DNA of 64,000 nucleotides from Hyphomicrobiales bacterium (GCA_039989895.1 JBDXGY010000004.1:21587-85586); one strand, 5' to 3'; shown: positions 9,490 through 19,246, numbered from the stretch's first letter. The notes: generated by a model from the sequence alone, not told the origin. Numbers and translations: made by a program.

Positions 9490-9638
9490 ATATCTGTTTC
9501 CAGTGTTTAAATCTGAAAAGGCGATGAAATGAGCTAGTGGCAGAGTCGTATATCAAAATTATGACGATCAAAAATGCACGCACATCACAAATTATAGTAT
9601 AGATTGAACAGACGTGTGGGAAGAGGGAAAACTATATT

Positions 9639-10418
9639 ATGGACATGGGATTAAAAGGCCGTAGAGCAATTATATGCGCATCGAGCAAGGGGTTGGGCCG
9701 AGGCTGCGCAGAAGCATTGGCGCATGAGGGATGCGAAGTCATTATCAATGGCCGTTCACAAGATACGCTGGAAGCCACAGCGGCCGCGATCCGCGCTGCA
9801 ACAGGCGCAAAAATTATAGCAGTCGCTGCCGACGTTGGCACAAAGGGAGGTCAACAACTGCTGCTGGAGGCTTGTCCCAATCCCGACATCTTGGTCAATA
9901 ACAATGGCGGACCACCGCGCAAAGACTATAAAGAACTCAACCGCGAGGCGATGATTGATGGCGTGATCCAAAATATGATCACACCGATTGAACTCATACA
10001 GGCGGTTATAGACGGCATGATAGAGCGCAAATTTGGTCGCATTGTTAACATCACATCGCTCTCGGTAAAAATGCCAATTGAGGGGCTTGATTTGTCATCC
10101 GGCGCCCGCGCTGGCCTCACGGGTTTTATGTCCGGTGTCTGCCGCACATTCACAGCCCACAATGTAACTATGAACAACATTTTGCCCGGAAAAATGGATA
10201 CCGACCGCTTGCGTGGCGGCATTGCAGGATCGGCCAAAGCCGCAGGAATAGATTTTGAAGTCGCCGCCCAAAACGCGCGTGATGGCATCCCCGCGCGCCG
10301 CTTTGGTACTGCGGAAGAATTTGGCAAAACATGCTGTTTCTTATGTTCTGACCACGCGAGTTATATCACTGGCCAAAACATTCTGTTAGACGGCGGTCTG
10401 TTTAACGGAGCATTTTAA
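9639..10418 (+). CDS. SDR-family oxidoreductase-like protein with non-canonical catalytic positions
   Basis: 259-aa ORF. Rossmann motif CASSKGLGRG, NNNGG (NNAG-like), Ser140 in ITSLS. The canonical YxxxK position reads SSGAR (res 153-157). Confidence 0.8.
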   Translation: MDMGLKGRRAIICASSKGLGRGCAEALAHEGCEVIINGRSQDTLEATAAAIRAATGAKIIAVAADVGTKGGQQLLLEACPNPDILVNNNGGPPRKDYKELNREAMIDGVIQNMITPIELIQAVIDGMIERKFGRIVNITSLSVKMPIEGLDLSSGARAGLTGFMSGVCRTFTAHNVTMNNILPGKMDTDRLRGGIAGSAKAAGIDFEVAAQNARDGIPARRFGTAEEFGKTCCFLCSDHASYITGQNILLDGGLFNGAF

Positions 10419-10443
10419 AGAGCAAATCAAAGCAGCATCTTCA

Positions 10444-11241
10444 TCACCAAATATCATGAAAATGGTGCGTGGGACCATGCCCCTTACCGATGCTTAGGTT
10501 ATCAGCCCCTTTGATAGCCTCCGTCACATAATGCTTCGCCGCATTCAATGCCTCTTGCATTGAATGTTTCTTTGCAAAACCCGCTGCAATTGCCGACGAT
10601 AATGTGCAGCCTGTTCCGTGCGTGTTTTGCGCCTCAAAGCGCGGCGCAGAAAGCCAGAAGCTCACACCCCCATCACAATAAAAATCGCGCGCTTCATCTC
10701 CTCCCCCGTGCCCACCTTTAAGCAAAACAGCACGCACACCAAAATCAAGCATCAATCGAGCTTGTTTCTCAATCGCATCATCATTTGTCGCCATCGGCAA
10801 TCCGGTCAAAACAGCGGCTTCATGCAAATTGGGGGTGATGATATCCGCACGCTGCATGAGTGTATCTTTCAAAACAGCAATTGACTGTGACGTCAAAAGA
10901 GGATCACCCGATGTTGCCACCATCACCGGATCAAGAACAATCGGCAATTGATCAAAATCGGCAAGCCCATCTGACACCACCTCAATGATCGCAGGGTTAG
11001 ACAGCATTCCGATTTTAATCGCATCAACCGCAATATCCGATAATACCGCATCCATCTGCCTACGCACAAAATCGGGCGGCACATCATGGATAGCACGCAC
11101 CCCTTGCGTGTTTTGAGCGGTTAAAGCCGTCACCACGCTTGCGCCATAAACGCCAAGGGCGGAAAATGTCTTCAAGTCTGCTTGAATACCTGCTCCGCCA
11201 CTAGAGTCAGACCCTGCTATTGTCAGCGCAATAGATGTCAT
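10444..11241 (-). CDS. thiD: bifunctional hydroxymethylpyrimidine kinase/phosphomethylpyrimidine kinase
   Basis: 265-aa ORF. ALTIAGSDSSGGAGIQADLKTF and GTGCTLSSAIAA motifs of ThiD. The start ATG overlaps the upstream gene's stop (ATGA). Confidence 0.9.
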   Translation of the reverse strand: MTSIALTIAGSDSSGGAGIQADLKTFSALGVYGASVVTALTAQNTQGVRAIHDVPPDFVRRQMDAVLSDIAVDAIKIGMLSNPAIIEVVSDGLADFDQLPIVLDPVMVATSGDPLLTSQSIAVLKDTLMQRADIITPNLHEAAVLTGLPMATNDDAIEKQARLMLDFGVRAVLLKGGHGGGDEARDFYCDGGVSFWLSAPRFEAQNTHGTGCTLSSAIAAGFAKKHSMQEALNAAKHYVTEAIKGADNLSIGKGHGPTHHFHDIW

Positions 11242-13556
11242 TTCGCAGCCTCAATAGCAGCCCATATGCTCTGCGGCAGAGCTGGCATATCGATGTGCTT
11301 GATCCCGTAGCCATGGTGCAAGGCATCAACCAGAGCATTCATAACCGATGGGCAAGAGCCAATCGAACCAGCCTCGCCCGCCCCCTTTATTCCAAGCGCA
11401 TTAGTGGTAGAAGGCACATTGCGGGTTTCAAAATATAAATAAGGCAGATCATCAGCACGCGGCATGGCATAATCCATAAAGCTAGCAGACAATAATTGAC
11501 CACTTTCATCGTAAACCGTGCGCTCATGTAGCGCCTGCCCGATACCCTGCACAATACCACCATGCACCTGCCCCGCCAAAAGTAATGGATTCACCGTCAC
11601 GCCAAAATCATCAATCGCCGTATAGCCTAAAATCTCGACGCAGCCGGTTTCCACATCAACCTCAAGTTCGCAAATATGCGTCCCATTTGGATAGGTTGCC
11701 TCATGCTGTTGGATTTCACCAATGCCTTGAAGCGCCTCATCACTAATGGTTGCAATATCTGCAAAAGAGAGAGAACGGTCGGTACCAACCACCCACACTT
11801 CACCATCCGTTAATTCCAGATCACCGGTAGACACTTCCAATTTATCACTGGCGACTTCCTTAATTTTTTTCGACAAATCAACCGCAGCCCTGTCCACTGA
11901 CACACCACCAATCGGGATAGAACGCGACCCGCCAGTACCGCCGCCCTTGGCAAGCTCATTGGTGTCACCTTGACGCACATGGATCTGATCAAGCGATAGA
12001 TTAAGCTGCGCCGATATGAATTGCGCATAGGCTGTTTGATGGCCTTGCCCTGTCGACTGTGTGCCTATGAGAAGCGTCACTGTGCCATCATCATTCAGAT
12101 CGATGAAAGCGGGTTCAGAACCAGCAAACGCGCAAGCCTCAACATAAGATGCTTGTCCTATACCGCGCAGCTTACCGCGCGTTTCACTCTCAAGCCGCCG
12201 CGCCTCAAAACTATCCCAGTCTGCTACTTCCATGGCACGCGTTAAATGGCCGTCAAATTCACCCACATCATAACATCGCCCTGATGGGGTTGTATAAGGA
12301 AATTGTTCCGGCTTGATGAAATTGAGCCGCCGCAGCTCATTGGCATCCATACCGATTTCAAGTGCGGCATGATTGACAAGCCGCTCCAGTAAATAAGCTC
12401 CTTCAGGCCGCCCCGCCCCGCGATACGCATCAGTCGGTGTTGTATTGGTAAAAACGCTTGTCACATGAGCATGAAGTACGGGAATATCATAAAGACCGGT
12501 TGCCATCGACGCCCCAAACCACGGAATGATAACCGAATACTGAGACAGATAGGCGCCCATATCAGCCAGAATTGCCACATCAAGCGCCAGAAACTTGCCC
12601 TGCTTATCTAGAGCCAAACGCGCAGTTGAAACATTGTCGCGGCCATGGGCATCGGCAACAAAATGGTCTGAGCGATCCCCTTCCCATTTCACAGCCCGCT
12701 TCAAACGACGTGCGGCCACCGCGCACAGTGGATATTCATGATACATAAACCCCTTTGTACCAAATCCACCACCAACATCCGGCGTGATAACCCGCAATTT
12801 TGATGTGTCCATCTTGAGAATGGTCTTCGCAAGGCTGTCTCGAATAGAATGCACCCCTTGGGTTCCAAGCGTCATTGTTATCAAATCAACACGCGCATCA
12901 TATTCAGCAACACAAACCCTCGACTCCATGTAATTACAAACAAGTCGATTATTGATAACTTTAAGTTCGATCACATGATGGGCTTTTTCAAAAGCATCCT
13001 TAGTAGCGGCCTTGTCACCCACCGCTGCCTCAGCTGCTATATTATTTTTGCCAAAACCCGGCCACACGCGGGGCGCGCCATTAGCCAGTGCGTTTTCAGA
13101 ACCGACCACGGCCTCCAAAGGCTCATATTTAATATCGAGAAGCGCTGCTGCATCCGCCGCAATTTGTTTGTTATCAGCACAAATAAAAGCAATCGGGTCG
13201 CCCACATAGCGCACAATACCATCGCTTAAAGCAGGTCGAGGTGGCTCACGATAGGCAGCGCCCTCGCTATTCTCTCCAAGCGGTATCATACAGGGCATTG
13301 ACCCAAGATCAGCGATATCTTCATGCGTTAGAATAAGATGGACACCACTGAGCGCCCGAGCTTCTTTCAAACCACCAATCAAGAAACGTGCATGAGCATG
13401 GGAAGAACGCACCATATAACCGCTAAGCGCACCCTCAGGCGTATGATCACCGGAATAGCGCCCTTGCCCTGTTACAAAACGGTCATCTTCCTTGCGCAAT
13501 GCGGATGAACCGATACTTGTTTTTTGACCAAACTTAATCGGCGCCAATTCGTTCAT
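11238..13556 (-). CDS. molybdopterin-binding large subunit of the xanthine dehydrogenase/CO dehydrogenase family (form-II CoxL-like)
   Basis: 772-aa ORF with N-terminal Ald_Xan_dh_C-like region. Active-site loop reads AYRGAGRPEG (form-II CoxL-type AYRGAGR rather than form-I AYXCSFR). No small (2Fe-2S) or medium (FAD) subunit genes are adjacent. Confidence 0.85.
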   Translation of the reverse strand: MNELAPIKFGQKTSIGSSALRKEDDRFVTGQGRYSGDHTPEGALSGYMVRSSHAHARFLIGGLKEARALSGVHLILTHEDIADLGSMPCMIPLGENSEGAAYREPPRPALSDGIVRYVGDPIAFICADNKQIAADAAALLDIKYEPLEAVVGSENALANGAPRVWPGFGKNNIAAEAAVGDKAATKDAFEKAHHVIELKVINNRLVCNYMESRVCVAEYDARVDLITMTLGTQGVHSIRDSLAKTILKMDTSKLRVITPDVGGGFGTKGFMYHEYPLCAVAARRLKRAVKWEGDRSDHFVADAHGRDNVSTARLALDKQGKFLALDVAILADMGAYLSQYSVIIPWFGASMATGLYDIPVLHAHVTSVFTNTTPTDAYRGAGRPEGAYLLERLVNHAALEIGMDANELRRLNFIKPEQFPYTTPSGRCYDVGEFDGHLTRAMEVADWDSFEARRLESETRGKLRGIGQASYVEACAFAGSEPAFIDLNDDGTVTLLIGTQSTGQGHQTAYAQFISAQLNLSLDQIHVRQGDTNELAKGGGTGGSRSIPIGGVSVDRAAVDLSKKIKEVASDKLEVSTGDLELTDGEVWVVGTDRSLSFADIATISDEALQGIGEIQQHEATYPNGTHICELEVDVETGCVEILGYTAIDDFGVTVNPLLLAGQVHGGIVQGIGQALHERTVYDESGQLLSASFMDYAMPRADDLPYLYFETRNVPSTTNALGIKGAGEAGSIGSCPSVMNALVDALHHGYGIKHIDMPALPQSIWAAIEAAK

Positions 13557-13664
13557 GGAAATCTCTCATATATCCATTGGTAGTTTTCATGAATCTATAT
13601 TTTTTTCGCCCTGCGGCAATGAAATAATTTGACGATTGTGTTTTTAACGATCAAGACAGATTAA

Positions 13665-14636
13665 ATGGATACCTCACCCCCGCCTCCACCTTTATCAAAA
13701 TTTCCGCTGCTTATCTGGTGGCAACGTCAGAACGGCAATGTCAGAGGTGGACTATGGATGCTTGTTGCTGCCTTAATGTTTTCCATTAGCGTCGCCATCA
13801 TCAAAACAATTGGCGAGCGTATTTCTATTTTTGAAATCTTGTTTTTCCGCCAACTTGGCATGATCATCCTCGCCTCACCCGTCGTTATCCGTGGATTGCC
13901 CGGTTCCTTAATCACCAAACGACCAGATTTACAGGTTTTACGTGTCATCTTCGCAACGCTTGCCATGACACTCGGCTTTTCAGCCTTCATCCATCTGCCC
14001 TTATCGGAAGCCACAGCCATCGGCTTCTCAAAAACGATGTTCATCACCATCTTTGCCATCCTCTTTTTAAAAGAAACTGTTGGCATAAGGCGTTGGTCTG
14101 CGGTTCTCATCGGGTTTATCGGTGTTCTAGTGATGATAACGCCACAAGATGGCTGGATTTCTTTTTCAGGATTTAATATCTGGTCGCTTTCCGCATTGGC
14201 GGGTGCAGCAGCGGCTGGTCTTGTCATGGTGATCATCAGAAAACTGACAAAAGTAGACCAGCCAATCACCATTCTATCCTATCAAGCCGTTCTGGTCGGC
14301 GTCCTAATGGCTCTGCCCACCTATTATTATTGGATCATGCCCACATGGGAAGAATGGCTCTTACTCGGTGTTTTGAGTTTGTTTTCAGTCTTTGCTCAAA
14401 TGTGCAACATCAGAGCCTATAAAGTGGGTGAAGCAACGGCCATTTCATCCATTGATTACACTCGTCTGATCTATGCATCCGTGCTTGGCTGGTTACTCTT
14501 TGCTGAAATACCACACCTCAACACATTGGCGGGTGCTGCCATCATTATTGCTGCCTCGCTCTATACCCTCAACCGCGAAGCCAAACGCGGCAAAGAACTG
14601 GCGCGAGCAAAAGAGAGCCGTGTGTACAACCAATGA
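13665..14636 (+). CDS. DMT-superfamily (EamA-like) transporter
   Basis: 323-aa ORF, about 10 TM segments with two EamA-like halves. Pro-rich N-terminal extension, so the start is uncertain. Confidence 0.8.
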   Translation: MDTSPPPPPLSKFPLLIWWQRQNGNVRGGLWMLVAALMFSISVAIIKTIGERISIFEILFFRQLGMIILASPVVIRGLPGSLITKRPDLQVLRVIFATLAMTLGFSAFIHLPLSEATAIGFSKTMFITIFAILFLKETVGIRRWSAVLIGFIGVLVMITPQDGWISFSGFNIWSLSALAGAAAAGLVMVIIRKLTKVDQPITILSYQAVLVGVLMALPTYYYWIMPTWEEWLLLGVLSLFSVFAQMCNIRAYKVGEATAISSIDYTRLIYASVLGWLLFAEIPHLNTLAGAAIIIAASLYTLNREAKRGKELARAKESRVYNQ

Positions 14637-14639
14637 TAC

Positions 14640-16268
14640 TCAGTTTTTGAGTTGATGCAGAGCTGCTATCAAACCCGATGTAGAAGAATCCTTATTCTCA
14701 ACGGGCGCACCATCACGCACCATAGGCAAGAGCCGTACGGCAAGCTGTTTGCCCAGCTCAACGCCCCATTGGTCATAAGAATTCACGCCCCAAATAACGC
14801 CTTGCACAAAAACCTTGTGTTCATAAAGCGCAATCAGACTACCAAGCCGATATGGATCAAGCGTCTCGTATAAAAGAACATTGCTTGGTCGGTTTCCGGG
14901 GAAAACTTTGTGCGGTGCGAGCGCTTCAATCTCATCGTCACTCATCCCGGTTGCGCTCAACTCTTCGCGCACTTCTTCAATTGTTTTGCCCAACATTAAA
15001 GCTTCAGCTTGCGCAAAACAATTCGCGCTCAAGATGGCATGATGGTCCCCTAAATCTTCTTGTGCATTCGCCGCCAGAAGAAAATCACAAGGAATGACCA
15101 TCGTCCCTTGATGGATCAATTGATAAAAAGCGTGTTGACCATTCGTCCCCGGCTCACCCCAAATAACGGGGCCGGTTTGATGAGAAACTTTCACACCATC
15201 CAAGCCCATTTGCTTGCCGTTACTTTCCATATCAAGCTGCTGCAAATAAGCTGAGAACCGCGAAAGGCGCTGATCATAAGGCATCACACCATGGGTTGGG
15301 CAATCCATAAAGTTACGATACCAGACCCCAAGTAAACCAAGTATCACGGGTAAATTTTGTTCAAGCGGTGCTTCAACAAAATGCTCATCCATCGCATGAG
15401 CACCCGCAAGAAAACGACGGAAATGAGCTGGTCCCACCGCCAACATCACAGAAAGGCCGATGGCCGACCAAACAGAATAACGCCCGCCTACCCAATCCCA
15501 GAAACCAAAAATACGCTCAGCATTGATACCGAATTCCTCGGCCTTGGCGATATTAGTCGAAATTGCAGCAAAGTGGTCTTTAACCGCCGCCTCACCCAAG
15601 GCCTCACTCAGCCATGCACGTGCAGAAGCAGCATTTGTCATGGTTTCATGGGTGGTAAAGGTTTTGGAGCACACCAGAACAAGTGTGGTCTCTGGATCAA
15701 GGTCTTTTAAGGTGTCGCTCATATGAGCGCCATCCACATTCGATACAAAATGGCAGCGCGGTCCGTCATGATATGGCTCTAAGGCAGAGACCACCATAAC
15801 TGGCCCAAGATCAGAGCCACCTATGCCAATATTCACAACATCACGGAAAGCCTTGCCCGTTGCCCCTTTGATCGTGCCTTTGCGCACATCATTAGAAAAG
15901 GCTTCCATCGCCTCTAGAACGCCGTGGATATCACCCATAACGGATTTGCCATCGACACTAAAATCAGCGTCCCGTGGTGCGCGCAACGCCATATGAAGCA
16001 CAGCGCGCCCTTCGGTTTCATTGATGGGCTCAGCGGCAAACATGGCTTGTCGCCTTTCAGCCACCCCGCGCTCACGCGCAAGCGCAAACAATCCATCCAT
16101 CACATCTTGATTGATCTGATTTTTAGAATAATCAAGCAGGATACCTTCCGCATGAACAGAGAAATTCTTGAATCTTTGGGGGTCACGCTCGAATAAATCC
16201 CGCAAATGATCTGTACGTATTGCCTTTGCAAGCCGCTCTAACGCAGGTATCATTGTACTATTCATCAT
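14640..16268 (-). CDS. pgi: glucose-6-phosphate isomerase
   Basis: 542-aa ORF. PGI signatures GIGGSDLGP, GGRYSVWSAIGL, GTNGQHAFYQLIHQG. Confidence 0.95.
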   Translation of the reverse strand: MMNSTMIPALERLAKAIRTDHLRDLFERDPQRFKNFSVHAEGILLDYSKNQINQDVMDGLFALARERGVAERRQAMFAAEPINETEGRAVLHMALRAPRDADFSVDGKSVMGDIHGVLEAMEAFSNDVRKGTIKGATGKAFRDVVNIGIGGSDLGPVMVVSALEPYHDGPRCHFVSNVDGAHMSDTLKDLDPETTLVLVCSKTFTTHETMTNAASARAWLSEALGEAAVKDHFAAISTNIAKAEEFGINAERIFGFWDWVGGRYSVWSAIGLSVMLAVGPAHFRRFLAGAHAMDEHFVEAPLEQNLPVILGLLGVWYRNFMDCPTHGVMPYDQRLSRFSAYLQQLDMESNGKQMGLDGVKVSHQTGPVIWGEPGTNGQHAFYQLIHQGTMVIPCDFLLAANAQEDLGDHHAILSANCFAQAEALMLGKTIEEVREELSATGMSDDEIEALAPHKVFPGNRPSNVLLYETLDPYRLGSLIALYEHKVFVQGVIWGVNSYDQWGVELGKQLAVRLLPMVRDGAPVENKDSSTSGLIAALHQLKN

Positions 16269-16419
16269 ATGAAGTGCCTCTTAGACCTTAGACCAATTAA
16301 TAGCTATTAAACAATTACAATTCTGATCATAAACTATCAGGTGACAACAATTGCAACTGCAACTTGCGCACTCAGCAAAAAATTGTTGCACGAGCGATGG
16401 TAAAACGAGAAATTTGGGC

Positions 16420-17682
16420 ATGAAAATAATTCGTAATAAGGCAGATACTGAGCTGGTTCGCCAGCAAAACCGCTCGCTGGTTCTGGAAGCCTTGCGCACC
16501 CATGGCGCTTTAGCAAGCATTGAGCTTGGAGAAAACACAAAACTCAGCCCAGCGACCATTTCTGCGATCACCAATGACATGCTGTCCGAACGACTGATAG
16601 AAATGGATAAGGAAGAGACCGCCAAAACGCGCAATGCCATGCGCGGTCGCCCCAAGGTCAAACTAAAACTTGCTGCGGAAGCAGCCCTTGTCCTTGGCAT
16701 TCGCATCACACACAACAAAATGTCTTTTTGGCTGGCTGATTTTTGCGGCGCCATTAAAGCACATCAAGCTATGAATATTGATACCGCCGATGTAAGTCGC
16801 GAGACTTTCAGTCAGGTCCTCGTAGAAAAAGCGACTTCATTCCTGTTAAGCCAAAACATCGATGCCGCACAACTCTCAATCATCAGTGCTGCATGTCAGG
16901 GGTCGGTTGATGCTGACAAAGGTGAAATTATATGGAGCCCTGCCTTCACCGCTAGAGATATCGCCGTTGGCGCACCTCTAACCCAAAAGTTTGGCTGCCC
17001 CTGCATTGTTGCCAATGATACCAATACAATTGCCCACCTTCTGCATGTGGAACATGAAACACTCACAGAATCATTCGCCGTTATGTATCTCGGGTCAGGG
17101 ATCGGGTTAGGTCTTTATGTGAATGGTGCACTGATTGAAGGTTCTCATGGATCCGCGTCCGAGTTTGGCCATATGCTTTGGCAAGATGACGGTGCGCTGT
17201 GCCGTTGCGGACGCCAAGGATGCATTGAAGCTTATGCTTCTGATTTCGGTATATACAGAACAGCGAATGAACAACTGAAGGATACACCGCCCAAGGACAT
17301 AACCCCCTCTCAACAAGAGATGGATGAACTTGCTATGACTGCGCGTAATGGTGACAAAGCGGCTCTTGCTGCTTTCAATCTGGCAGGAAAAGCTATCGGC
17401 GATGGCTTAAGTAATCTCGTCATGCTGGTCAATCCACGCGATATTCTCATAACGGGTCCAGGCGTGACTCAGTTTGATTTATTGAAACCTTCTATCGATA
17501 GCGCTCTTTTTCATGCAACACGCAATGGCCATAGGCCTAATATAACGGTTCTGGATGACGAGCGTGATTTAATAAAAGCAGGACTATTAGCGCTGGCGAC
17601 CACGCACCTTGACCGCGAAATATTCGCTAGACGGGTCAGCGTTGCAGATGTTGCTGCCCGCCACGCAATGAGCTCTACTTAA
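16420..17682 (+). CDS. ROK-family transcriptional regulator
   Basis: ORF 16351..17682, start moved to ATG 16420 (MKIIRNKADTELVRQQNRSLVLEALR...). N-terminal wHTH (LSPATISAITNDMLSERLI) and ROK zinc motif GHMLWQDDGALCRCGRQGCIEAYAS. Confidence 0.85.
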   Translation: MKIIRNKADTELVRQQNRSLVLEALRTHGALASIELGENTKLSPATISAITNDMLSERLIEMDKEETAKTRNAMRGRPKVKLKLAAEAALVLGIRITHNKMSFWLADFCGAIKAHQAMNIDTADVSRETFSQVLVEKATSFLLSQNIDAAQLSIISAACQGSVDADKGEIIWSPAFTARDIAVGAPLTQKFGCPCIVANDTNTIAHLLHVEHETLTESFAVMYLGSGIGLGLYVNGALIEGSHGSASEFGHMLWQDDGALCRCGRQGCIEAYASDFGIYRTANEQLKDTPPKDITPSQQEMDELAMTARNGDKAALAAFNLAGKAIGDGLSNLVMLVNPRDILITGPGVTQFDLLKPSIDSALFHATRNGHRPNITVLDDERDLIKAGLLALATTHLDREIFARRVSVADVAARHAMSST

Positions 17683-17713
17683 AAGTTCAAAAGTAAATAA
17701 TGAGAATTTTTCT

Positions 17714-19246
17714 CTAGCGGTTAAAAAGCTCAGTCCGCAATTCTCTCGCTTCAGAATATGATGGGCGAGACTTCACGCCAAAATCATCAAAAAACTCTTT
17801 ACCCACAGCTGGGTCGAACCAAGCCAAACCAAGCATATATGTAGATAAATCAACACCTTCGATGTGTCGCACCCGTAATGACGTATCGCGCGCAGTACAA
17901 CGCCACAAGAAATCAAGCCCAGCAAAATCATAACGGCACTCATCGCGATTATGAAGTTTGATCAAATCAGCAATAATATCAGAATGACCATTACGAGACC
18001 CTTGCTCTGATTTGACCGGTATCAGCGGTGAAGAGCCCGAAGTACCGTTTGAAGGTGCAGTTGAATTCTCAACTGGCAAAAAGCCTGCCATGATTGCAGG
18101 CGAAAACGTCAGATTTGGATTTCTTCCAATGCGCGCAACACCATAGCCCGAATATCTGATTTTGCCTGTTTCTTGGTCAAACTTGATTTCAGAACCAGCA
18201 CCAAGCCCCCACCAATGTTTTGGAAACGATCCTTTACCTGCCTGCTCAAACCACTTCATATCCGCCTGGCGCAGTTCGTTCAGTTCTGCTTTGTAAACCG
18301 GATCATTCGCCAATTCACCACAGAAGTAAAATCCAAACTGATGCGTGAAATGGGAGGTGAAGTTTTTACCATTAACAGACAGAAGCGATAGGTCTCCAAA
18401 CTGCGCTTGCGGCAGTGCATTGATGTCGGAAAAATATTGATCCCATAAGATACTCGCCGCTCCTCTGCGGCCTTGAGCCACCTCAACAGCACGACCAATG
18501 CAGGGTAAAACGACATATTCATCGAATGGAAGTGACCAGAAACGATTTTCAATCATCTCATCTGGACCACGAAACACCTGATGCATACCAGCACGGGGTG
18601 TAAAACGTATAGATTGCGCCCAATTGATGCTTTCAACCAGTTCATTAGCAAGCGCAACAGCTCTAGCTGCCATAGGGTCATTCAAAACTTTGGTATCAAA
18701 ATAACGCGCGACCATCGAGGCGCCGACACCGAGAATTGCTGTATCTATTGTAGAGAAAACATCCTTGCTCGCATTCCTCGCCTCACCCGTATGAGCATTG
18801 ATAAAATGCTTATACCAGCCACTTTTCGAACGCGGCGTGCGGAAGACAGCTTCTGGATCTGTATTCAACAGATTAATCAGCGTGAAATGCGCCTTCTCGG
18901 CCGCATTATCAATCACACCCAACTGGTCACCAATTGTAAGCGATATAAGCCCAATACCCGTGGATGCAATCGAGGAGACCTGTGAATCTTGTCTAATATT
19001 ATTGGTATCAATTTTATCAAGATATTGACCCGTCGCCTTAACGCGCAAATGGTCATCATAGAGTTTAATGGTCGCTGTCAGCTGTTGCCGAGCAAATTGC
19101 TGATGGTTTGTGAGTTGTTGAAACTGTTGAACAGGCGCAGGCCCAACACCAAACTCGACCGCATGAACGGAAGTTGTGGTCGCGATTGTGCTTGGTAAAA
19201 CAAGCGCTGCCACTGCAACGCAAATATTTTTAAACCACTTTTTCAT
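17714..19246 (-). CDS. secreted protein of uncertain function; possible (alpha/alpha)6 glycoside-hydrolase-like fold (DUF3131/GH144-like)
   Basis: 510-aa ORF. Signal peptide MKKWFKNICVAVAALVLPSTIATTTSVHA. The segments SSIASTGIGLISL, GWYKHFINAHTGEA, FSTIDTAILGVGA, WWGLGAGSE...YSGYGV and GVDLSTYMLGLA recall glucoamylase-like/beta-1,2-glucanase families from memory only. Confidence 0.6.
   Translation of the reverse strand: MKKWFKNICVAVAALVLPSTIATTTSVHAVEFGVGPAPVQQFQQLTNHQQFARQQLTATIKLYDDHLRVKATGQYLDKIDTNNIRQDSQVSSIASTGIGLISLTIGDQLGVIDNAAEKAHFTLINLLNTDPEAVFRTPRSKSGWYKHFINAHTGEARNASKDVFSTIDTAILGVGASMVARYFDTKVLNDPMAARAVALANELVESINWAQSIRFTPRAGMHQVFRGPDEMIENRFWSLPFDEYVVLPCIGRAVEVAQGRRGAASILWDQYFSDINALPQAQFGDLSLLSVNGKNFTSHFTHQFGFYFCGELANDPVYKAELNELRQADMKWFEQAGKGSFPKHWWGLGAGSEIKFDQETGKIRYSGYGVARIGRNPNLTFSPAIMAGFLPVENSTAPSNGTSGSSPLIPVKSEQGSRNGHSDIIADLIKLHNRDECRYDFAGLDFLWRCTARDTSLRVRHIEGVDLSTYMLGLAWFDPAVGKEFFDDFGVKSRPSYSEARELRTELFNR

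Noticed and set aside
16281-16754. 157-aa minus-strand ORF spanning the pgi/ROK intergenic region and the ROK 5' end
   Set aside because: It overlaps the well-supported ROK regulator N-terminus, has an Ala/Ser/Arg-rich composition, and has no SD or family resemblance.
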